Positions 18,101 to 30,662 of a stretch of DNA of 64,000 nt are shown piece by piece. Position 1 is the first letter of the stretch; the number at the start of each line of letters is the position of its first letter. Where the stretch lies: the NCBI GenBank assembly GCA_025055575.1, contig JANWWP010000034.1:273-64272 (forward strand), given 5' to 3'. The notes under the pieces were generated by a model. That model did no database searches and had not been told where the DNA came from. It saw only the letters and a program-made list of their open reading frames with translations. Both the position numbers and the translations under genes were made by a program. Source of the DNA: Flavobacteriales bacterium (lineage in GTDB: Bacteria > Bacteroidota > Bacteroidia > CAIKAF01).

Positions 18101-19634
18101 CATCTTTATCCACGTTGTAATTCGCCAATCCGGCCACGCTGATGCGCATTAAAAACTGACGTACCATGCTGGGGTCGTCTTTGAAGTGTCGGGCCATTTC
18201 GGCGCCTGTGAAGGTGCGGGTTTTGTGTTTATCGCAATATTGTTTAATGAGGTGTAGGGGCGAAATCTCTCCTACGCCGTCCAGGCGGTCGTATTGAAGT
18301 TCGCGGAAGTAGAAGTTGGAACGCAAGGTGGCTTTGGATTCGGCAGAGCCTTTAATGGAGGTGAGGGTGATGAAAGGTTCATCCAGCTTCCAGTAGATCG
18401 CTTCCACATCCATGTCCACATCGTGCCAGGAGTTGCGATACCAACTTTGCACCATGCCCTGGCCTTCGCGCAAAAGAGATACCTCGCGTTTGTCGGTCAG
18501 CAGTTTGAAGCTTAGTCCGGGATGGTAGATGCTGTCCGTTTTGCCGTTCCAATCCAGGTAGAGGGTGACAGAAGCCCTATCGGAAGCCACCTGGTTTTTC
18601 CTGAACGAGAAATTCTGGGAGGCCGCAACCATAAATAATTTATCCTTCCGGTAAAAAAGCAGGCGCGAGGGATTCTCGGCATCGCCCGTGCCGGCTAAGC
18701 GGTTGCCATGCCAGGAAAAGCCGCCCTCGTAGTCCACGCCCTGGGTGACGTTTTTAAGTTTCACGCGTTTCTCATACGAAGTGAATTTTGGATACAAGGC
18801 ATTGTCGGGGTTCACGCCGGCTAACACTTTTTCTTCCAGTTTTCCATACACGGGCTTGGGGAAATAATCTGTGTGGACAAAGAGCACGCTGTCCGCCTCG
18901 TAAGTAGGCGCTTTAAGGTCAATTCGATAGCGGTTCAGACGCGCGTTCACTTTTTCGCGGGGCAGAGCGGCGCGGTCCCAATACACATCGCCGCCTTTTC
19001 CACTCCAGGATCCGTTCACCACATCATACATGCCCTGGGTTTTGAAGATGATACCGCTGTCTCCGCGGGAGCGCACCACCAAATCAAGGGCCGGAAATCG
19101 AATGACGGGGTCCCGCCCTTCCTGCCAGTCATACTGCCAGGGGGTTTGTGTTTTGGCACACCATTCCACCGAGGAAGTTTTATAAAACACCTGACGGGCG
19201 AACAGCTGAACCGAATTTTCCAGGAAGTCGGTGAGCCCGCCGATGGTGAGCCTTTTGTTTTTAATTAAATAGCGCAGGCTGTTTTCCCATTTTTCAAACT
19301 CACTTTCCGGCACTTGAAATTCTTTGCGGGCAAAATGGCATTGAATGTATAAATCCAGATGAGGAAAGGGACGGAGGCGATTTTTGAGAAGTTCGTTCAG
19401 CCCGGCGCTGAGGCGTTGCACGTCATCGTCATTGAAAAAACCGGATTTAAAAGCCTTTTCCAGTTTTTCCACAAGCTCCTTTCCTTTATCCCTGTCCACC
19501 GGAAGAAAAACCTGTTCGGCCTCTTTCAGAAAACGGTTTTTATCTGGTGTGAACGTGGCCATTTGGCCTAAAATCCGTGCCGGGCCGCTCAAGAAGAGCA
19601 GCAGGAGGAAAAGAAAACGTCTTCCGCGCCCCAT
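15177..19634 (-). CDS. 1485-aa secreted/periplasmic giant protein of unknown function (possibly an AsmA/TamB-like beta-rich envelope protein)
   Basis: There is a cleavable N-terminal signal peptide 'MGRGRRFLFLLLLFLSGPARILGQ'. The protein is long, low in Cys and beta-strand-rich, with no recognisable enzymatic motif. Its stop overlaps the lgt start. Confidence 0.5.
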   Translation of the reverse strand: MGRGRRFLFLLLLFLSGPARILGQMATFTPDKNRFLKEAEQVFLPVDRDKGKELVEKLEKAFKSGFFNDDDVQRLSAGLNELLKNRLRPFPHLDLYIQCHFARKEFQVPESEFEKWENSLRYLIKNKRLTIGGLTDFLENSVQLFARQVFYKTSSVEWCAKTQTPWQYDWQEGRDPVIRFPALDLVVRSRGDSGIIFKTQGMYDVVNGSWSGKGGDVYWDRAALPREKVNARLNRYRIDLKAPTYEADSVLFVHTDYFPKPVYGKLEEKVLAGVNPDNALYPKFTSYEKRVKLKNVTQGVDYEGGFSWHGNRLAGTGDAENPSRLLFYRKDKLFMVAASQNFSFRKNQVASDRASVTLYLDWNGKTDSIYHPGLSFKLLTDKREVSLLREGQGMVQSWYRNSWHDVDMDVEAIYWKLDEPFITLTSIKGSAESKATLRSNFYFRELQYDRLDGVGEISPLHLIKQYCDKHKTRTFTGAEMARHFKDDPSMVRQFLMRISVAGLANYNVDKDVCEMTDRFFHFINARARKTDYDIIEFNSLTGDINGKLSLLDYDLRMSGVNKIIMSDSQSVFVYPKRGDLVLKKDMDFSMDGQVASGRIISYGKKFDYLNEKFKMLLENVDSVRIRVPSREPDEKGNRPLRNVITVIEQVNADLQIDRPDNKSGLKGLAEYPIYTSKRPSFCYYDRKSIEGGVYPRQTFYFQLDPFVIDSLDVFDTEKLALDGTFVSAGIFPDFREKIVIMPDYSLGFLRKTPESGMPVYGGAGQYYNEISLSHKGLRGRGQLKYLASTAQSDDFKWYPDSMNTLAKKFNIERTTGRVEYADVQAEDVQVHWEPMKDKFLVSMTDKPMKMFKGESEMHGTINLTSRGLTGTGRLDMGSAEMKSNQFVFRADVTRADTTSFALKNLEQATGDLSSMSFTTENVKADVSFTAREGRFISNSSESFINFPINKYKAYMEEMIWYMDKGEVDLNTRKVESIDLKGALFVSTKPEQDSLSFVSPKARFTQSTNTIYGEDVKFMDVADSRVFPDKGKVVIRRDAAMDPLKNARIDMPASSPRYVITDADIKVDGRFKISGTGKYTYVDESGKANVVNITKIDIDTARQMYARGRVNEEDNFTFNPRLSFKGDLMINSQKDEILFEGACRLNHSCAAVSKSWMKFQARINPKDIFIPVPPDPKDELNRPLFNGFAYASDSSGIYPVMFATKKASGDQEVIRVSGLLRYDKSTNEYKITTKEKFGNPALPDPMMIFNAAECSATAEGVMDLGNRMGQVQDKAVGRITYDPKNANTSLDLLLLLQFPLENDFVNLMLEKIMKGEKNTADLKDAEFQKNLAALISDPRRLNRFKEDIREGDVRKLPDELEKTVALSGIHLVWDKARKSLVHNGSAALLALGGKPVLKNLTVKLEFFRRRGGDGFHLYLEPEQGTYYFFAYRNNVMSLVSSSEEFNKKLAEMDPKKRQVEGKEGQPPFTLTPGTQRRAQQFADELK

Positions 19635-19744
19635 GAATCTTAGGTTTGACTTGACAAATTAAACATATTTCCTGGGTGGGAAGCCCTTTCCGTAGGAAAG
19701 AAATTATTTTTTTCGCAGGAGCGGATAGTTTTGCGGTAACTTTT

Positions 19745-20758
19745 ATGGAAACACCGACAAAGTTGCGGAACATTATCACCATCAACGAATTTATTCGCCG
19801 TCAGGAAATGGAAGCAGATCAAGCCACGGGGGAGCTTTCCGGTCTTTTGATGGACTTGGTCCTGGCTTCCAAAATCGTCAACCGTGAGGTCAACAAGGCC
19901 GGGTTGGTCAATATTTTAGGCAGCGAAAGCACAGCCAACGCCAGCGGCGAAACCCAGATGAAGTTGGATGTATTTGCCAACGAGCAATTTATAGCCGCTC
20001 TGGAAAACGGTGGACATTGCCTGGCCGTAGCTTCGGAAGAATTGGACCATCTGCTCACCTTCGACCGCGCCCGGCAACGGGGCGCCCACTACATCGTCGC
20101 CATGGACCCTTTGGATGGTTCCTCAAATATTGATGTGAACGTTTCGATAGGCACCATCTTTTCAGTTTTCAGAGTGGAGCCAGGCAAGCGTGTAATAATG
20201 GAGGATTTTTTTCAGCCGGGGCGCCGGATGGTGGCGGCCGGCTACATTTTATATGGCAGCAGCACCATGCTAGTGTTCACGACGGGTCAGGGGGTGAATG
20301 GGTTCACATTGGATCCTTCCATTGGGGAATATTGCCTGTCCCATGCGGATATATGCATCCCTGAGGTGGGCGCCCTTTATTCCGTGAACGAGGGGAATGT
20401 GCCGGAAATGCCCCCCGGGGTGGTGGCTTATCTTCAGGAATGCAAAACCCGCCACAATCCGGCCGGTAAAGTGCATTCAGCCCGGTACATCGGTTCCCTG
20501 GTGGCAGATTTTCATCGCAACCTTTTGAAAGGAGGTATCTATTTATATCCACCCACTCAAAAAGATCCGAACGGGAAATTAAGGCTGCTCTATGAATGCG
20601 CGCCACTGGCCTTTGTGTGCGAGCAGGCGGGAGGAATGGCGAGTGATGGAGAGCGGAGTGTGATGGATATTGTGCCGGAAGGTTTACATCAACGCTGTCC
20701 GCTTTATATAGGAAGTCCCAGGATGGTACAACGGCTGTTGGCGTGTTTGCATGGATGA
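19745..20758 (+). CDS. fbp: fructose-1,6-bisphosphatase class 1
   Basis: The metal-binding motif 'AMDPLDGSSNIDVNVSIGTIFS' and 'GKLRLLYECAPLAFVCEQAGG' are present. I chose the start METPTKL (19745). The track opens earlier, at 19676. Confidence 0.9.
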   Translation: METPTKLRNIITINEFIRRQEMEADQATGELSGLLMDLVLASKIVNREVNKAGLVNILGSESTANASGETQMKLDVFANEQFIAALENGGHCLAVASEELDHLLTFDRARQRGAHYIVAMDPLDGSSNIDVNVSIGTIFSVFRVEPGKRVIMEDFFQPGRRMVAAGYILYGSSTMLVFTTGQGVNGFTLDPSIGEYCLSHADICIPEVGALYSVNEGNVPEMPPGVVAYLQECKTRHNPAGKVHSARYIGSLVADFHRNLLKGGIYLYPPTQKDPNGKLRLLYECAPLAFVCEQAGGMASDGERSVMDIVPEGLHQRCPLYIGSPRMVQRLLACLHG

Positions 20759-21947
20759 GTCCCTGGTTTCGCCCAAAGACATCGTTCGGCACATCCTCGC
20801 GCGCTTCGGGCCCCGGCGGGCCGGCAGCGCGGCGGAACAGGAAGCCCAGCAATGGTTGGCGGACTACTTGAGCACCCTGGAGGGAGTTCGGGTACGGCAA
20901 TTGCCTTTTCAGGCGCCTTTGCGCTCTAAATTTCAGTCCTCCCGTTTGATTTGGCCCCTGTTTGGGGCCGCTTATGTTTTGGTTTTTGTGTTTCAGAATG
21001 GGCTGTGGGGTTTTCTTTTATCGTCGTTGGCAGCTGTTTTTTTCTTTCTGCATTTTGTTTCGTACCGCCACATTTTGGATTTTTTATTTTCCCGTTCCTC
21101 TTCCCTCAATGTGGAAGCGGTATGGGAACCGCCCGACGGCACACCGCGGCGCACCGTCGTTCTATCTGGTCATATAGATAGCACACCGGAATTTATTTGG
21201 TGGTACAGGTTGGGCCACGTGTCGGCGCAATGGATGGTATTGAGCGGGGCCCTTTTGATGCTTTTTCCGGCTGTGGCTTTGTTAGGTTGGATTTGGAATC
21301 CAATTCAGGACAGTGTATTGTGGAAGACCGCTGTGCCAAGTGTCTGGAGCCTGGCTTTATTAGGAAGCCTTCAATTCATTTTTATTCATGGCCGGCGGGT
21401 GGTGGATGGCGCCCAGGACAATTTGTCCGGGATCGCCTGCGCCCTCCACACTTTCCGGCAATGTGTTCACAATAAAAGCCTCCGCAACACACGTCTGGTT
21501 TTTGTGTCTTTTGGCGCAGAAGAAACGGGTCTCAGAGGATCGGACCATTATGTTCGCCATCATGTAGCGAAAGCTTATCCAGACTCGGAAGTATTAAATA
21601 TCAATCTGGATGGAATTTTGCTTACCAATCACCTGAATTTTATCACGGCAGAGCCCAGCATTTGGATTCGGCATAATGCGGCCCTGATTCAAAGGCTGCG
21701 GGCCTCCTTTGAAGCATGTGGCCTTCCCACCGGAAAAGGCCCTTTGTGGATCGGCGCCACCGATGGCGCTTCATTTGCCCGCCACGGCTACCGAAGCGCT
21801 ACCTTAGTGGGGTTGCCTCTGGGCCGTCTTCATCCCACCTACCACACCCGACGGGATACCTTGGACCAGCTGGACGGGCCGGGACTTGTAAAGGTGTGCA
21901 AAGCCTTGGAAAAAGCCTTGTCAGAAATAGATTCTCAAGACGTTTAA
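20751..21947 (+). CDS. M28 family zinc aminopeptidase with N-terminal membrane region
   Basis: The M28 zinc ligand motifs 'SGHIDSTPE' and 'FVSFGAEETGLRGSDHY' are present. There are hydrophobic helices near the N-terminus. The gene overlaps the fbp stop by 8 bp. Confidence 0.7.
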   Translation: MDESLVSPKDIVRHILARFGPRRAGSAAEQEAQQWLADYLSTLEGVRVRQLPFQAPLRSKFQSSRLIWPLFGAAYVLVFVFQNGLWGFLLSSLAAVFFFLHFVSYRHILDFLFSRSSSLNVEAVWEPPDGTPRRTVVLSGHIDSTPEFIWWYRLGHVSAQWMVLSGALLMLFPAVALLGWIWNPIQDSVLWKTAVPSVWSLALLGSLQFIFIHGRRVVDGAQDNLSGIACALHTFRQCVHNKSLRNTRLVFVSFGAEETGLRGSDHYVRHHVAKAYPDSEVLNINLDGILLTNHLNFITAEPSIWIRHNAALIQRLRASFEACGLPTGKGPLWIGATDGASFARHGYRSATLVGLPLGRLHPTYHTRRDTLDQLDGPGLVKVCKALEKALSEIDSQDV

Positions 21948-22933
21948 TCCAGCGCCTGTCCGCCGGTTTCTGCGCTGTTTACCAGGGTTTCATAATCTTC
22001 CGGGGAGAGATCTCCGTAGAAATAATGAATGGGATTAACGGGAGCCCCGTTTTTATGCACTTCATAATGCACATGAGGCCCTACGCACTTTCCTGTGCAT
22101 CCTATTAATCCTATTTTCTCTCCTCTTTTCACTTCCTGTCCGGGCTTCACAAGAATTTTACTCATGTGGCCATACAGGGTGCGGAAGCCAAATCCATGAT
22201 CCAGCACCACATGAAGGCCATATCCACTGCCATCGGATCCAGCGAAAACAACCCGGCCCTGGCCTGTGGCAAAAATGGGCTTTCCTAAAGCGGCTATGAA
22301 ATCCAGGCCTGTATGGAAGCGGGGTGTTCGGTACACCGGATCGGTGCGCATCCCATAGCCCCCGATGGAGGTTTGGAGATCGGTTATCTTAACAGGCATA
22401 ATAGCTGGCACCGACCGGATAAATTCGTCCTTGCGTTGCACCAGCTGCATCAATTCCTGCAAGGATGCCGCCTGGATTCTTAAACGTCCTTCCAGCCATT
22501 TCATTTTAGTTTGTATCCGCTCCAGCAAAACCTTGTTTTCAAGACCAGAAAATGGAGGTACACTATCCCGCAGCGCGGCAAAGTGCAGCCGCTGTGGGGC
22601 CGGGGCTTCAAAAATGGCCCGGTACACTGCCGTGTCCCTTTTCTCCAATTCCGCCAAAACGGAAGAAGCCTTCTCAAGCCGTCCTTCCAAAATCTCAAAC
22701 TGCTCTTTCATCACTTCCAGCTCACGCCGGTATCTTTTTTCTCCGGGGGAGGAGAAAAAGGTGTAGGCGATGTACACGGCCGCAGCGCCAATCATAAATA
22801 TCACGGCCACCACCCGACCGACACGCCATATGCGTTCGGCGGGCGGATCCTGCACCGGCTCATATTGTAAGGTGTGCGGATTATATTTGAAGCGGCGGTT
22901 TTCCAGAGTCTTCTCAATGAAGGTCAACGGCAA
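21944..22933 (-). CDS. M23 family peptidoglycan metalloendopeptidase with N-terminal TM and coiled-coil
   Basis: The LytM-type motifs 'HTGLDF' and 'GPHVHYEVH' are present. There is an N-terminal TM helix followed by a coiled-coil region. Confidence 0.8.
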   Translation of the reverse strand: MPLTFIEKTLENRRFKYNPHTLQYEPVQDPPAERIWRVGRVVAVIFMIGAAAVYIAYTFFSSPGEKRYRRELEVMKEQFEILEGRLEKASSVLAELEKRDTAVYRAIFEAPAPQRLHFAALRDSVPPFSGLENKVLLERIQTKMKWLEGRLRIQAASLQELMQLVQRKDEFIRSVPAIMPVKITDLQTSIGGYGMRTDPVYRTPRFHTGLDFIAALGKPIFATGQGRVVFAGSDGSGYGLHVVLDHGFGFRTLYGHMSKILVKPGQEVKRGEKIGLIGCTGKCVGPHVHYEVHKNGAPVNPIHYFYGDLSPEDYETLVNSAETGGQALD

Positions 22934-22938
22934 ATTAA

Positions 22939-25831
<2,893 letters not shown>

Positions 25832-25835
<4 letters not shown>

Positions 25836-26671
25836 ACGTGGATCCCCTATGCATTTTTTTCAAGGATGTTGCCCTGCCCTGCATCGCAGCTATCAGTTTC
25901 TTGGGGCTGAATAATGTACAATATCGTTTGCCCCTGGACCAGCGCTACGCTGTTTTTCTCTTTTTCGCCACAGCATTTGCATACGCCGGCCAACGGCTGG
26001 TGCGAAGCTTTCAAAAAGGCTCCGAAGAAGTGCGTTTCACAGTGTATCGGCGCTATCCTATCCTGTGGACGGCGCTCCTGACCACGTTTTTCTGGCTGGC
26101 AGTTTTCTTTTTTCTCCAACTGGGGCCTTTTCAGATAACTGGAATTTGCGCTTTGGCCATAATCTCAGTGGCGTACATCTGGTGGCCGGTAGGAAAGCGA
26201 ATTCCTTTACGCTCCAACGGTCTCCTAAAATCTTTTTGGGCAGCGGGTGTGTGGGCCTGGGCCTCGTTCACCCTGCCGGCATTAGAAGCTGCCATGCCCT
26301 GGCATCTGTGTTTAGTGTACACGGTTTCCAGAGCCTTGTTTGTGCTGGGCTTGATTTTGCCCTTTGACGCCTGCCAGGCTTCTGAAGATATGGCCTTGGG
26401 CATCAAAACATTGCCAGTTTTGCTGGGCCGAAGGCAATTTATTAAGCTCTACAACGCCATCTGGCTACTCTATCTGATTTTAGAGGGAATGCCACTTTTC
26501 ATCCACCAAGGGTTACAATGGAGCGCTGCAATGAATGTGGTGGCATTTGTCTGGTTGATAATCCCGCCGGTATTTTTGAAATATTTGCCCTGCCACAGAA
26601 TGTGGGTCCTAGATACCCTTCCAACAATAGCCTTAATTTTCCATTTTCTAATTCCGCGCTTGGTCAGCTAG
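25832..26671 (+). CDS. UbiA-like prenyltransferase-family polytopic membrane protein (divergent)
   Basis: There are about 8 TM helices. The second UbiA motif region 'FDACQASEDMALGIKTLPVLLG' resembles 'DDxKIGIKSTAxxFG'. I could not find the first NDxxDxxxD motif. The track start is a TTG that overlaps the upstream stop, so the true start is uncertain. Confidence 0.45.
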
Positions 26672-26672
26672 G

Positions 26673-29282
26673 TTATTTCTGTCGGGAATCCACTTCTTTC
26701 TGAGGGGAAGACATTTCGTATATTCTGAATTCTACGCGGCGGTTCAACTGACGGCCTTCCGGATTGTCGGACCCGTCCGCTTTTGTATTAGGTGCTGCCG
26801 GTTTTGTAAAGCTGTAATAACTGTACTTCATACGATCTTTAGAGATGCCATGTTCATACAGCCAGTTGTAAGCTGTGAGCGCCCTGTTTAAGGAGAGCTG
26901 AACATTGTATTCATAGGTGCCGATAATGTCGCAGTGGGCAAACATTTCCACTTTCGAATTTGGGTCATCCTGCAAAATTTTGAGAACCTTTTGAATATCC
27001 CTTAAAGCATCGGGCCTAAGGTTGTACTTGTCAAAATCAAAATAGATGTTTTTAACAGCCACTAACTTCTCGGAGAAAGGCTTTTCCAGATAAAAGTTCT
27101 TTTCATATTCCGTTTGGCCTTCAGCCATAATGATTTCAAAACGCTCTTCACCGGTGTTGTAACCGTCTGAATTGACCACAGCGAAATACACAGTATTAGT
27201 TTTTAATTCGGTTGTTGAATAGCCAGTTTTTGCGCTATTGTTTAAAGTGAGAATTTCTTTACCCTTTTCATCTAATATTTTGATGGTTCCATTAAGTTTT
27301 TCGTTGGTTTTTCGGTCGAAAATGGTTCCAAATATGCGGATACCGCGTGCCACGGTGACTTTGGAAACATAAAAGTTCTTTTCAAAAACGGTTTGACCGG
27401 GCGCGAGGTTTACAGTAAATGACTCTGAAACGGGGGGGTAGCCTTGAGCTTCAACGCGTGCATTATAGGAAGCACCTTGAGAAGTAGTCGTCTGGTAGCC
27501 TGTGTTAGGATCCGAGTCCAGAGTCTTTTTTTCATCGGCATTGGTGCGTTGCAGTTCAATTTTTGCAGAAACTTTTTTATTGGTATTCACATCAATAACA
27601 CTTCCTTTCAGAGTGAGCATGATGGCTTTTTCTAAATAGAAGTCTTTGCGCATTTGCAGGCTGTCCAGGTTGGTGAGAACGGTTTTGAACACTTCTTCGT
27701 AGGGCTGGTAGCCATTGGCCGAAATTTGGGCTTTGTAGAATTTTGAAACTTTAGCTTCACGGGTAAAATAATTCCCTGGATCCACGTTAGAGGCGAGAGA
27801 AAGCGGAGACTGGTCTTCGGTGTTAATCAATTTAATTTTTGCATCGCGGATCACTTGTTTCGTTTTCGTATCGTAAACAGTACCAAAAAGAACCATTTCC
27901 AATTTGTCTAAGAAGGACATTCGATACAGGTCCTTTTCACCAAAACCGCCTCTACGGTTGCTATCGAAAATGGCTGTTTTGCCATCGCGTGATACCACAA
28001 AAAAGACATCATTTCCGGGAGAATTGATAGGATAGCCTAAGTTTACAGGCTTTGAAAAGACACCGTTGCTGTAAGTGGATTTAAAAAAGTCGTAGCCGCC
28101 CATGGATGTGTGGCCTTCTGAAGCGAAATACAGGGTGTTGCCGTCAAAATCCATGAAAACAGCGTCTTCGTTCCATTCCGTGTTCAGTTCGTTAACAGGC
28201 CTGATATTCACATATTTACCTTCGGCTTCGCTGAAAGTCGCCATAAAAATATCCAGCCCCCGGGCGCCCTTATCGGGATCGTTGGATACAAAAAGTATGG
28301 TTTTTCTGTCGGGAAGGAAGGTGGCGTGCGTTTCCCTGTATTTAGAGTTAATACCTTCCAGAGGCCGGGCGTCCGACCATTCCGTCCCATTAAAAGTGGC
28401 CTCAAATAAATCCGAGTCCGTAGCGCTTTTGGGACGGCAGATTATCATGCGCTTCCCGTCGGAGGTGATGGCCACTGTGGCATCGTGGTTGGGAGTGTTG
28501 ATTTTTCCTGGCACCTGGCGCGCTGAAACATAGTTGCCCGTGGAGTCTTTGAATGTGTAGTAGATATCCTCAAAATAAAATACGTCGCCCGGTGGAATGC
28601 CTCCGCCCGTGGTGTTGGGCCGCCGTGAAGTAAAAAATATTTGCTCGAAGTTTTCGGTAAAAATTCCTGAATAATCCGGATAGCGTGAATTAATGTTACG
28701 ACCCAGATTGATAATAGCTACCGGGATGGTGTCTTTGCAAATTTCTTTACCATTTTTGCATTGGTTGGCAGCATGTCTTAATCGATAAATTTCCTGTTCA
28801 ATCTCTTTAATCCTTGCTTTGTCCTTTGTATTGCCTTTTTCGGCTTCAAGGGTGGCAATATAATCGGCATAGGCGGCGGCTGCACGGTCCCATTGATAGT
28901 CCAAATGCAGGAGTTCAGCAGTTAATTTTTGCGCTTCTTTTTTGTATTTATTATCCAGTTGGCCGGCCCTGTCATAGTATTCAGCGGCTTCGCCTTTGAG
29001 TCCCAAAGCATTGTAAATAATTCCCAGCTTGTAGTTCAGGTCTGCATTGTTGGGGTTGAAACGGTAGGCTTCCAGGTAATACCGAAGCGCCTTCTCAAAT
29101 CCGCTGGGACCTAAGGACAATTGCTCATCCCCCTGAGTGAGGGCTTCGTAGGCTTTTCGAAAGCCTTCAGGATCCTGGGGAAAGTTTTGTTTTTTAAATT
29201 CCACATTTTGGGCCCGCGCCCACGAGACGAATAAAATAGTAATAGGTAGAATTAAACCGAGAATGGAAATTTTACTTTTCAT
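26673..29282 (-). CDS. OmpA-family outer membrane/peptidoglycan-associated protein with TPR repeats, TolB-like beta-propeller repeats and carboxypeptidase-regulatory-like domains
   Basis: The C-terminal OmpA_C motif reads 'FDFDKYNLRP...LSLNRALTAYNWL...NRRVEFRI'. There is an N-terminal signal peptide. TPR-like segments (AYRFNPNNADLNYKLGIIY) are present. The central region has repeated WD40-like/TolB propeller blades. Confidence 0.75.
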   Translation of the reverse strand: MKSKISILGLILPITILFVSWARAQNVEFKKQNFPQDPEGFRKAYEALTQGDEQLSLGPSGFEKALRYYLEAYRFNPNNADLNYKLGIIYNALGLKGEAAEYYDRAGQLDNKYKKEAQKLTAELLHLDYQWDRAAAAYADYIATLEAEKGNTKDKARIKEIEQEIYRLRHAANQCKNGKEICKDTIPVAIINLGRNINSRYPDYSGIFTENFEQIFFTSRRPNTTGGGIPPGDVFYFEDIYYTFKDSTGNYVSARQVPGKINTPNHDATVAITSDGKRMIICRPKSATDSDLFEATFNGTEWSDARPLEGINSKYRETHATFLPDRKTILFVSNDPDKGARGLDIFMATFSEAEGKYVNIRPVNELNTEWNEDAVFMDFDGNTLYFASEGHTSMGGYDFFKSTYSNGVFSKPVNLGYPINSPGNDVFFVVSRDGKTAIFDSNRRGGFGEKDLYRMSFLDKLEMVLFGTVYDTKTKQVIRDAKIKLINTEDQSPLSLASNVDPGNYFTREAKVSKFYKAQISANGYQPYEEVFKTVLTNLDSLQMRKDFYLEKAIMLTLKGSVIDVNTNKKVSAKIELQRTNADEKKTLDSDPNTGYQTTTSQGASYNARVEAQGYPPVSESFTVNLAPGQTVFEKNFYVSKVTVARGIRIFGTIFDRKTNEKLNGTIKILDEKGKEILTLNNSAKTGYSTTELKTNTVYFAVVNSDGYNTGEERFEIIMAEGQTEYEKNFYLEKPFSEKLVAVKNIYFDFDKYNLRPDALRDIQKVLKILQDDPNSKVEMFAHCDIIGTYEYNVQLSLNRALTAYNWLYEHGISKDRMKYSYYSFTKPAAPNTKADGSDNPEGRQLNRRVEFRIYEMSSPQKEVDSRQK

Positions 29283-29305
29283 ATGGGAATTATTATTCTT
29301 ACCTG

Positions 29306-29313
29306 CAAAAATA
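29306..29313 (-). promoter_or_regulatory. candidate -7 box 'TATTTTTG' (minus strand) about 22 nt upstream of the OmpA-family gene
   Basis: On the minus strand the reverse complement reads TATTTTTG, matching TAnnTTTG. It lies in the 120-bp AT-rich region upstream of the ATG at 29282. Confidence 0.35.
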
Positions 29314-29405
29314 GATGAATCATGTTTTACTTTAATGATTTTCCGAGATTTTCTAAATATTCTTTGTCTGCTATCAAATATTCAATTACCATGGATAAGG
29401 GGTTA

Positions 29406-30623
29406 TCAAATCCCTTTCTCCATTTTATATTGATTGTGGGTCTCTTTTTGAATCACCTGGGCTAAAATTTTCAAGCCCTTCATTAAAATTTTATCCGGAA
29501 TATTGAGCGGCGGAGCAATTCTCAAACAATCTGACCGAAACAAAAACCAATCGGTAATCACCCCGGCTTCCTGAGCTAGTCGGCTTAAATGGGGGGCATT
29601 GGTTCCGAGCGGCAGATGCAGCGCTAAAAGAAGGCCTCTGCCCTGGATTTCCCGAACCTCAGGTGGCCAGGGGAAATGCCGCACTATGGTTTCTTTTCGT
29701 ATAGCCTCTTGCACTAAGCCCTCCTTTTCAATTACTTTAAGAGTGGCAAGGCCGGCGGTGCAGGAGAGCGGATGCCCTCCAAAAGTCGTAATGTGGCCCA
29801 GTGCCGGACGGTGCGAAAGTTCTTTCAGGAGGTCGCGGGCAGCCAATACGGCACCTAAAGGTAATCCTCCCCCCAGCGCTTTAGCGCTTAGAATAATGTC
29901 TGGCTGTATTCCCGAGGATTCGTAACCCCAGAAGGTGCCTGTGCGACCCATACCCGTTTGACATGCATCCACCACCAGGAGGGCGCCGGTCTCTCGACAT
30001 CGGGCTTGTAAGGCCTGAAAAAATTCCACCGATCCGATCCGGCATCCGGCCTCCGCTTGGATAGCCTCTACAAAAACGGCAGCCACAGTCCTGTCTATTT
30101 TGGCCAATTCGGAAAGGTCGTTGTATTTCAGGTGGCGCACCCCGGGGATCAAAGGCCTGAAGGCTTCCTGGAAGCAGGGGCTACCGATGAGGGAAAGAGC
30201 ACCCTGCGTGCTGCCGTGGTAAGCCTGGCCAAAGGCCGCAATGTGGGGCCTGGCGGTGACTCTTTTAGCCAGTTTCATTGCCAGCTCGGTGGCTTCGGAG
30301 CCGGAATTCACAAAATAAACACAATTTATCTCCGGCGGGGAATAGGCTAATAGCCGCTCCGCCAGCTGAACCTGCGGCGCCTGGACAAATTCGCCATACA
30401 CCATCACATGCAGGTGTCGTCGCAGTTGGCGCCGGATAGCGTTCGCCACGGCGGGATGCCCGTGTCCTAAAGCGCCCACAGAAATTCCTGAAATCAGGTC
30501 GATGTATCGACGGTTGTGGATGTCCACTAAGTAGCTTCCTTTGGCCCGCGCCACGTGCAACATCATGGGCTCGGGACTGGTGGGCGCCAGGTGGTGTTGG
30601 AATAATTTTACATGACGGTGCAT
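29406..30623 (-). CDS. class-III PLP-dependent aminotransferase (acetylornithine/ornithine aminotransferase-like)
   Basis: The motifs 'GSEATELAMKLAK', 'DACQTGMGRTG' and the PLP-lysine region 'ILSAKALGGGLPLGA' are present. A start at the internal MMLHVAR is also possible. Confidence 0.8.
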   Translation of the reverse strand: MHRHVKLFQHHLAPTSPEPMMLHVARAKGSYLVDIHNRRYIDLISGISVGALGHGHPAVANAIRRQLRRHLHVMVYGEFVQAPQVQLAERLLAYSPPEINCVYFVNSGSEATELAMKLAKRVTARPHIAAFGQAYHGSTQGALSLIGSPCFQEAFRPLIPGVRHLKYNDLSELAKIDRTVAAVFVEAIQAEAGCRIGSVEFFQALQARCRETGALLVVDACQTGMGRTGTFWGYESSGIQPDIILSAKALGGGLPLGAVLAARDLLKELSHRPALGHITTFGGHPLSCTAGLATLKVIEKEGLVQEAIRKETIVRHFPWPPEVREIQGRGLLLALHLPLGTNAPHLSRLAQEAGVITDWFLFRSDCLRIAPPLNIPDKILMKGLKILAQVIQKETHNQYKMEKGI

Positions 30624-30662
30624 GAACCCATTTTGCGTAGAAATCTTAGGTGCATGGCCGGG

